NCBI GenBank assembly: GCA_964016885.1
Contig: OZ024742.1
Location: forward strand, 333,932,001 to 333,996,000
DNA length: 64,000 nt
Source: Eledone cirrhosa
Lineage: Eukaryota
Direction of reading: 5' to 3'
Shown piece after piece: positions 55,273 to 64,000 of the stretch. The notes under the pieces were generated by a model, which saw nothing but the letters and a program-made list of their open reading frames with translations, did not search any database and was not told the DNA's origin. How positions within the stretch are numbered: position 1 is the first letter of the stretch; every line of letters begins with the position of its first letter. The translations under genes were made by a program, and so were the position numbers.

Positions 55273-55436
55273 TCTACCTGGAGTTGCGACCGATAGATAG
55301 TATTAGCAAGGGGAAAGACCAGCGGAAACATTGTTCCCTCGGTCCGATTTGACGAAAGTCGATCGTTAGGAATATATACATATATATACATATACGACCG
55401 GCTAAAGATTCGGGTTACCAAATTTAACTCACTCAC

Positions 55437-55472
<36 letters not shown>

Positions 55473-55474
<2 letters not shown>

Positions 55475-55541
55475 CGAAGGAAATGTGGTAAGCAATCTAG
55501 CTGTCCAAGCGGCCGGAGATCAGCCGTCGGGGTCCTGACTC
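55473..55541 (+). mobile_element. Fold-back family A, internally deleted copy 7
   Basis: AACGAAGGAAATGTGGTAAG start and CAGCCGTCGGGGTCCT end only. Confidence 0.65.
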
Positions 55542-55550
55542 TTTTTATAT

Positions 55551-55597
<47 letters not shown>

Positions 55598-55624
55598 TAT
55601 ATATATATAAATAAATATATATAT

Positions 55625-55671
<47 letters not shown>

Positions 55672-55677
55672 TATATA

Positions 55678-55723
<46 letters not shown>

Positions 55724-55746
55724 TATATATATATATAAATAAATAT

Positions 55747-55793
<47 letters not shown>

Positions 55794-55808
55794 TATATAT
55801 ATATATAA

Positions 55809-55846
<38 letters not shown>

Positions 55847-55850
55847 AAGA

Positions 55851-56117
55851 AGTGTAAGGCAACACATTAAAATCAACTTTATTTATTCATATTTGCTGTT
55901 ATATATATATATTTCGGTGATAACCATTATTCAACAGCTATGACCTCAACAGTCACATAGAACGTGAACAGGAAAGGTAGAAAAACGTAATGATGTTTTT
56001 TCTGTTCAAATTCTCGATGTATAATGAGGTCACAGGTGTTGAATAATGGCCAGCACCAAAATATATATAACAGAGAATTTGATTTAACGAAGTTAATTTT
56101 AACCTGCTGACTTACAC
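55851..56117. repeat. Diverged inverted repeat (about 120-bp arms)
   Basis: CCATTATTCAACA..TGACCTCA mirrored by TGAGGTCA..TGTTGAATAATGG. Confidence 0.7.
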
Positions 56118-56282
56118 TACATTTTTTTTTATTTTTCCGGAGTAAACAGACTCACATGCGCAATCGTTGTGTGCTCTACCCTGCATAGTGAAGTGCCGGT
56201 AACCAAACAACACATACTCAAAGCCGTTTCCTTGCAAACGAATTGACTATTATTATTATTATTATTATTATTCGATATGTGA

Positions 56283-56948
56283 GGGCGGTGGATTGGCAGT
56301 ATCAGTAGAGGGTCTGATGCTATGCTTTGCAGCATATAGTTACGGCCCTTTATGATATGAATTCAAATGCCGCCGAGCTTAACTTTGCCTTTCATCCTTA
56401 CGGGATCGAAAACACAAACTACCAGTAATGCACTTGTATATATACAAATGTAAGTATGATTTATATATAATAATACTTGTTTCTACTTTTGGCACAAGGC
56501 CAGCAATTATGCCAGTGCATTATTCGTAATTTATTTGATAATAACGGTTTCTGATTTAGGCAGAAGGCCACCAATTTTGGGGGCGTGGAAATTTAATTAA
56601 ATCGGCCCTAGTGCGTTACTGATACTTTATTTAATCGAAATCGTACTAGTACTTTATTTTACCACTGGTACTTTATTTTATCGACCCCGTTCGGATGAAA
56701 GGCAAGGTTAACCTTGGCGGGATTTGAACTCAGCTCATAAAGGGCCGTAACTATAGGGCGGTAGTTTGGCAGTATCGGTGGAGCGTCAGACACCATGCTT
56801 TGCGGCATAGAGTTATGACCCTTTGTGTTCTGAGTTCAAATCCGCCGAGGTTAACTTTACCTTTCATCTTTACGGGGTTAATAAAATAAAGTACCAGTGA
56901 TGCACTGGGATAATTGCTGGCCTTGTGCTAAAAGTAAAAACAATTATT
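56283..56948. mobile_element. Cluster of MetaSINE-core SINEs and fragments in both orientations
   Basis: Plus 56283-56435; minus fragments 56475-56752; plus full copy 56756-56948. Confidence 0.82.
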
Positions 56949-57006
56949 ATTCGATATAAACCATATTTACATTTATATATATATAATATATATATATATA
57001 TATACA

Positions 57007-57066
<60 letters not shown>

Positions 57067-57480
57067 TTGTGTGTATGTATGTGTGTGTTTGTGTGTGTAT
57101 TTGAGAGTGTATGCATATATGTCCCACATTGGAAATCACACTTTTCCGCATAGCAAGCCAAACTGTACATATTGGCACGTTTACAATGGGAAGGTCATAA
57201 GCTAGATAACTTTTTTCTGAAATTTATTCATTTTTACTTTCAGAGAGATAATTACATTCAATGAGAATATTTCTACCCAAAGCCCTGCAATATATGGCAG
57301 AAATATTAGTGATTAGAAAAACAATTCAATTATCGTAATTATTTAAATTAAAACCATAAATTAAAAAAATATTGAAATGCTTTCCAAGAAAGTCAAATAA
57401 GTTGAAGCAGTGAAATTATATTTTAGTTAGTATATCTCAGAATTCATTAAATAAAGCATTATTATTATTATTATTATTAC

Positions 57481-60400
57481 AGTTGCATTTATCTTGCTTT
57501 ATGTTCATACGAGTTATCACCAAGTCACAACCAGTGACCTCAAGAGACAACAAGGTCCGCCATGTTCAAGAAAGAACATACATACTCACACATGCATCTT
57601 TAGTGTTTAGACTTGTGATGTACTTATATTGACAGAATCTTCCTTAGTATATGGGCAGTTCCCATTAGTACTATCTTTTGTATTTCTCCTATACGCGGGT
57701 TTCCTGGGATTTGCGATAAGTAATCATTAGACCCCTTAGGTATCATTCCCAGAGCGCCTACAACCACTGGTATTGTTTTAGTTCTCAATTTCCACATTTT
57801 TCCAATTTCTATCTCCAGGTCCTTATACTTGCTCAATTTTTCAAATGTTTTTATAGATACATTCTTGTCTATTGGAACAGACATATCAATTAGCAGGCAT
57901 ACCCTCTTTTTGAAGTCCTTCAACATTATATCAGGTCTATTTGCATCTATTTTTCGGTCTGTTTGGATGCTAAAGTTCCACAAGATTGAGATGTGATCTT
58001 TTTCAAGTATCGGAGGTGGTTGATGCTCCCACCAATTCTTTTGATGGGGCAGGTCAAAATGCTTACACATTATCCAATGTATGTATTGTGCAGCTCTGTC
58101 ATGCCTGTTTAGGTATTCGGTTGGAGCTATAGGACTTCACATTGAAATTATATGGTCAATGGTCTCTGGTTGTTTTTTGCATACACGGCATAATGGGCTG
58201 CATCCATTTTTTATTATTTTGGCTTGGTAATTTTTTGTTGGCAGACACTGATCTTGTGCTGATATAATCAGTCCTTCAGTCTCCGATTTCAGTCCAGAGG
58301 ATGCCAACCACTGATGGGTTAAAGTTTTGTCAACATCAGGATTGTTAGCTCGCTCCGGGTATTTTCCATACAGAAGCTTTTCTTGCCATTTCTTAGCCAT
58401 TTTCTGTAGCAGTTCTTTCTTTGCAGTTACTTTTACCTGCTTTGCTTTTTCTGTGTTTTCCATTTCAGCAGTAAATTGGACTTCTGAAATTTGTAGTCCA
58501 TTACTGTATGTTTGTGCATCTTTTGTAATGGAATATGATCTTTTGATGCTTTCGTGTTTCAAAACGAGTTTGATCATCCAATCACGTGATTCCCTTAGAT
58601 ATGTAGATAATCCAATTGTTGCAGTTTTCAACGCAATGTCTAACTGGATTAACCCACGTCCTCCTTCTTTCCTAGGGAGATATATTCTATCTATATCTGC
58701 CTTAGGGTGATGCATTCTGTGCATGGTTAAGAGTTTTCGAATTTTTGTATCGAGCCTACGGATCACTGTGCTTGACCAGTTGATGACATTGTAACTGTAG
58801 GTTACTACTGGTATGGCAAGCGTGTTTATGGCATCGATCCTATTCCTTGCATTCAATTCCGTTCTTAAGATTGCTCTTACTCTGCGGTAACATTCCTTCC
58901 TTATCCTTTCCCTCATTGTCGAGTGCTTGATTCCGTCTCCTTCACAAACACCTAGATATTTGTAAGTTTGTTCTTGATCAAGTTCTCTTATCACGTTCCC
59001 CCGATCAAGATTAATGTCTGAACTCTTCAGCAGCTTTCCTCTGGTGAACGTTGCTTTGGTGTATTTGTCTAGTCCAAACTCCATTTTAATGTCATGACTG
59101 AACTGCTTCACAGTGGATAATAGCCCTTGCAATTGTTCATCATTTTTTGCAAATAGTTTCAGGTCATCCATGTAGAACAAGTGATTAATGGTTTTGTCAT
59201 AGACTTTATATCCATGTTTTGTTTCATTGAGCATTTTACTTAATGGTATAAGTGCGATGCAGCATAAAAGCGGTGATAAAGTGTCACCCTGAAAAATTCC
59301 ACAATTAATATTAACTTCTCCAGCTTCCAGTGATTTTGTTTCACTATTCAAAAGGAGTGTCGTTTTCCATGTCTTCATACTGAATGACAAAAACCTCCTG
59401 ACAACGGGGGATATTTTGAAAATCCCTAAACATTTTTCAATCCAACTGTGTGGCAAACTATCGAATGCTTTTTTATAATCTATCCAAGCAATCGATAGAT
59501 TTTTGTGTCTATTATGACAATCTTCCAGTATCATTTTGTTAACCAGAAGCTCATCCTTACAGCCATATGAGCCTCGTTTACACCCTTTCTGCTCAATGGG
59601 AAATAGGTAATTTGTTATCAGGTCGTCATATGTGTATTCAGTTAGGACTGATGTTAAAATGTTATACATTGTGGTCAAGCAGGTTATCGGTCTGTAATTT
59701 TTGGGATTGTTTGTCTCATCATTTTTCGGAAGCAGGAATGTAATGCTGTTAATTAGCCATGATGGTATCTTTTCTGGCTCCTTAACTATTTCATTGTAAA
59801 GTTGGGCTAACAGCTCATGAGACTCTGTGAAGGCATTTATCCAAAAGTTTTGTATTTTGTCTTTTCCTGGGGATTTCCATTTGCTGGTTTTTCTTAGAGC
59901 CAAGCGCAACTGTTCAACTGTTATATTTTCCCATATTTGTTCCTCAAGGTGAGCTGTATCTTTCATTTGTCTGTCTATCCACGGGGCATGTATGTTATGA
60001 ACTTTTTCTTCGGCCCAGATCTTTTCCCAGAATTCTTGCACTTCCTCCTTGGGTGGTATTGATTTAGCAGTTATTGTTGACTTACCAATTTTTCTGTAGA
60101 AGTTTCTTTGGTTGTTTTTCAACATATTATTGTCCTTATAGAATCTAGATCGTTTTTCAAAGCGCCTTATACGAGCAGCTTTGGCCGACACTTTTTGTTT
60201 GATTATTTCTATCAGCATGTCTATGTCACTTGTTGATTTTATACTGTACATTTTTTCAATTTTCTAAGTTTAGTTTGTTTAACATGTTCACATACTTTAT
60301 AGTTTGTTAAAATTTCTATGTCAGATCGGAGAAGGTTTATTTGGCGGTTGATGTTCTCTTGCCAAGTAGATTTCTTGTGGGAATTCCTTTGTTTTTTCAT

Positions 60401-60782
60401 CTTCACTCCACATAAGTGAGTGGTGACTTTAGCCGATGCATAATAGAGATGATTTAAATCAGTAATGTTTAGTTTGTTTGTGATGATAATGTTTTTGAGA
60501 ATTATGTTAGTCTTGTGTATTATCTTTTGGTTCTGTTTGGAGTTCTGGATCTTAGGGAGGGTGTTTCGTTGCCCCATGTCAGATTCTTTCATTTTCATCC
60601 ATTCGATCATAATTTCATCCTTCAAGTTGGCAAGTTCATTCTCATTCATTTCTTTATCATTTACGATCTCAATATTTTCATTTGGAGTTTCATCTTGAGC
60701 ATGCACTCCCTCCACTTTTTCGATCCTTTCTTTAATTTGTTCTGTTGCCAGTGATTCCGCCCCAACCCTGGGATTCGAAGTG
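57481..60782 (-). mobile_element. R4/Dong-clade non-LTR retrotransposon (RT + CCHC + restriction-like endonuclease), frameshifted
   Basis: ORFs 60239-60715, 58137-60251 (WKSPGKD, NYRPITCL, IDYKKAFDS, GIFQGDTLSP, FYMDDLKL, CRVC) and 57624-58070 (NRPDI, LIDMSVP); (TAA)n tail 57457-57479. Confidence 0.95.
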
Positions 60783-62700
60783 GGTTAATGTCTGAATTTC
60801 TCAGCAACTTTCCTCCGTTGAACATGGCTTTGGCGCATTTATCTAGTCCAAACTCCATTGATAATAGCACTTGCAATTGCTCATCATTTTTTGCAAATAG
60901 TTTCAGGTCATCCATGTAGAACAAGTGATTAATGGTTTTGTTATAGACTTTATATCCATGTTTTGTTTCATTGAGCATTTTACTTAATGGTATAAGTGCG
61001 ATGCAGAATAAAAGTGGTCATAAAGATTCACCATGAAAAATTCCACAATTAATATTAATTTCTCCAGCTTCCAGTGATTTTTTTTCAATATTCAAAAGGA
61101 GTGTCGTTTTCCATGTCTTCATACTGAATGACAGGAACCTCCTGACAACGGGAGATATTTTGAAAATCTCTAAACACTTTGCAATCCAACTGTTTGGCAA
61201 ACTATCGAATGCATTTTTTGTAATCTATCCAAGCAATTGACAGATTTTTGTGTCTATTATGAGAATCTTCTAGTATCATTTTGTTTACCAAAAGCTGATC
61301 CTTACAGCCATTTGAGCCTCGTTTACACCCATTCTGCTCATTGGGAAATAGGTCATTTGTTTTCAGGTGGTCATATGTATATTCAGTTAGGACTGATGTT
61401 AACATTTTATACATTGTGGTCAAGCTAGTTAACGGTCTGTAATTTTTGGAATTGTTTGTCTTATCATTCTTCGGAAGTAGGAATGTAATGCCTTTAACTA
61501 GCCATGATAGTATCTTTTCTGGCTCCTTAACCATTTCATTGTAAAGTTTGGCTTACAGCTCATGAGACTCTGTGAAGGCATTTATCCAAATATTTGGTAT
61601 TTTGTCTTTCCCTAGGGATTTCCATTTGCTGGATTTTCTAAGAGCTAAACGCAGATGTTCAACTGTTATATTTTCCCATGTTTGTTCCTCAAGGTGAGCT
61701 GTATCTTTAATTTGTTTCTCAGTCCATGGGGCATGTATATTATAAACTTTTTCTTCGGCCCAGATCTTGTATATTATGAACTTTTTCTTCGGCCCAGAAT
61801 TCTTGCTCTTACTCCTTGTGTGGTATTGATTTAGCAGTTATTGTTGACTTGCCAATTTTTCTGTAGATGTTTTTTTGGGTCGTTTTTGGGGTTGTTTTGG
61901 GGTTGTTTTTTGGGTTGTATTATTGTCCTTATAGAATCTAGATCGTTTTTCAAAGCGCCTTATACGAGCAGGTTTCGCCGACACGTTTTGCTTGATTGTT
62001 TCTATCAGCATGTATATGACATTTGTTGATTTTATATTGTATTTTCTTTTCAATTTTCTAGGTTTAGTTTGTTTAACATGTTCACCTACTTTGTAGTTTG
62101 CTAAAATTTCTGTCAGATCGGACAAGGTTTATTTGGCGATTGATGATCTCTTCCCAAGTATCATTTTTGTGAGAATTCCCTTGTTTTTTCATTTTCACTC
62201 CACATAAGAGAGTGAGGACATTATCCGATGCATAATAGAGATGACTTAGATCAGTAATATTTAGTTTATTTGTGATGATAATGTTTGTGAGAGTTATGTT
62301 AGTCTTGTGTATTATCCTTTGGTTTTGTTTGGAGTTCTGGATCTTAGGGAGAGTGTCTCGTTCCCCCATGTCAGATTCTTTTGTTTTCATCCATTCGATC
62401 ATAATTTCATCCGTTAAGTTGGCAAGTTCATTCTCAGTCATTTCTTTATCATTTACGATCTCATTGTTTTCATTTCGAGTTTCATCTTGAGCATGCACTC
62501 CCTCCACTTTTTCGATTCTTTCTTTAATTTGTTCTGCTGTCAGTGATTCCGCCCAAACCCTGGGATTTGAAGTGTTACAATTTACTTCGTTTTCACTGAC
62601 ATGTGTTTCATTTTCCCTTCGCTGACTTTGCGTTAATTGCTTGATCTCATCAATTTCTATATCAATTAGTAACTTTTACTAACAATATTTCGTCGAATTA
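60783..62700 (-). mobile_element. Second, more decayed R4/Dong segment duplicating the N-terminal and RT region in tandem
   Basis: ORFs 62082-62507, 61838-62125, 61202-61534, 61018-61200 and 60661-60978 repeat the peptides of 59010-60782. Confidence 0.92.
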
Positions 62701-62715
62701 TATTATTATTATTGT

Positions 62716-63102
62716 TCTTTGAGTCTCAGTCATTGGTGTTATTTAACTGGAAAGTTTGTTGAAATGAATATCAAGCCGCTACCTGCAGCCTCAGATATTC
62801 AGGACGTATCCTTGCTGTTCCCAGCAAGCATGCCTTTTGAAGTGTTCCAAAAGCGGGGCTGGACTAATCTTCTTTAACCATCCTTGGAAACTCTTTGAGA
62901 TAGTACCTAGTCCGCCTATGACAATCGGGACGACCTTGATTTCATGGCAGTTCCAAATCCTTTTTAACACCCATTTTAAGTCCTGGTATAGGTTAATTTT
63001 CTCCCTCTCCTTTTCTTGCACTCTCATGTCAAATGGGCAGGCTACATCTACAATCAGGCACGATCTTTTCTCTTTGTCCAAAACCAGGTCAGGGTTATTG
63101 TA
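62716..63102 (-). mobile_element. 3' fragment of another R4/Dong-like LINE (RLE domain)
   Basis: PDLVLDKEKRSCLIVDVACPFD..KINLYQDL..VVPIVIGGLG; (TAA)n on both sides. Confidence 0.88.
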
Positions 63103-63299
63103 TTCTAATTATTATTATTATTATTATTATTATTATCATTTTTATTTTCTTTCATTATTGTTTCTGAGATATATGCGGAGTGTCTTCCTGACACCGAGGT
63201 CAAATAAATTCACAGTGTGCATTGGTACACCAGTTAATACAGCACATTATAATGATTATAATTTTAAAAAAATCAGTATACATATATACACATGTGCAT

Positions 63300-63922
63300 A
63301 TGCATATGCATATGCATATGTAAATACAAATCCTACAGAGATTGTGCTCTTCTCAATACGTGTACAGTACCAGTCAAAATAATTCTTTGCACCTCGTGCC
63401 GAGAGGGTAAACCAGGAGTCGTTCGCAAATATTGTTCTGTTCCTTTCTTGATCAATCCCAGTCCCCCCACAATCACTGGTATTGTAACGGCCTTGAAGCG
63501 CCACATTTTCTCAATTTCAATAAACAGATATTTATATTTTCGTAGCTTGTCAAATTCTTTTGCAACGATATTGTGATCACATGAGATGCTCATATCTATC
63601 AATAAACATACCTTGTTATGTTGATATTTTACAAAGATGTCAGGTCTATTTGCTTTTATGTCAGTATGTACAGGAAAGTCCCAGAGAATTGTTACTTTTT
63701 CTCCTTCAGTTACAGCCTCAGGGTGATGATTGTACCACATTTCTTCAGCTTTGATTTTGTAGTGCCGACATATTACCCAGTGTAGATATTGCCAACTCTG
63801 TCATGTCTATATTTGTATTCTACTGGTGTTAAAACTTCACATCCAGAGACTAAGTGATCCACTGTTTCAAACTCAGCACCGCAGAATCGGCACTTTGGGT
63901 TTATTCCGTTTTTCACCACTTT
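63300..63922 (-). mobile_element. 3' fragment of a further R4/Dong-like LINE (CCHC + RLE)
   Basis: CRFC..ETVDHLVSGC, RHDR, ILWDFPV..NRPDI..LLIDMSI (63333-63740); begins at (TAA)n. Confidence 0.9.
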
Positions 63923-64000
63923 ATTATTATTATTTTTATTTCCCCCTATCACATTTCCCGACTGGTCGAGGGCAGTCGGCGCCTGATGACATTCCGCTTG

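Overview
Eukaryotic, AT-rich, repeat-saturated DNA. The tRNA-derived MetaSINE-core SINEs, OR-type SINEs and long (TA)n tracts suggest an octopus (cephalopod) genome, which is an inference. I found no intact host gene; most ORF-track entries are microsatellite artefacts (YIYI/HTHT/CVCV). The window holds one near-complete Penelope-like element (PLE, 168-3879, minus strand) with pseudo-LTRs and a 19-bp TSD, several PLE fragments, and a near full-length Tx1/L1-clade LINE (about 44940-50781, minus) plus two 3' fragments. It also holds a cluster of R4/Dong-type restriction-endonuclease LINEs at (TAA)n (57457-63925), RTE and mariner relics, small MITEs and about 20 SINEs. The most striking unannotated signal is about 15 minimal type-I hammerhead ribozyme (HHR) motifs, several with non-canonical cores (U3-A8, U4C, A13C). 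Many sit in short non-coding asymmetric fold-back (palindromic) elements inserted in (TA)n tracts, from at least five unrelated families; one has a 251-nt cleavage-site-to-cleavage-site unit resembling a retrozyme. Other oddities are a 5'-inverted Tx1 insertion with a roughly 60-bp TSD, a 28-bp tandem array made of SINE/tRNA A-box heads, and a microsatellite that is itself a 566-bp snap-back palindrome. All calls are by eye, and ribozyme activity is untested.
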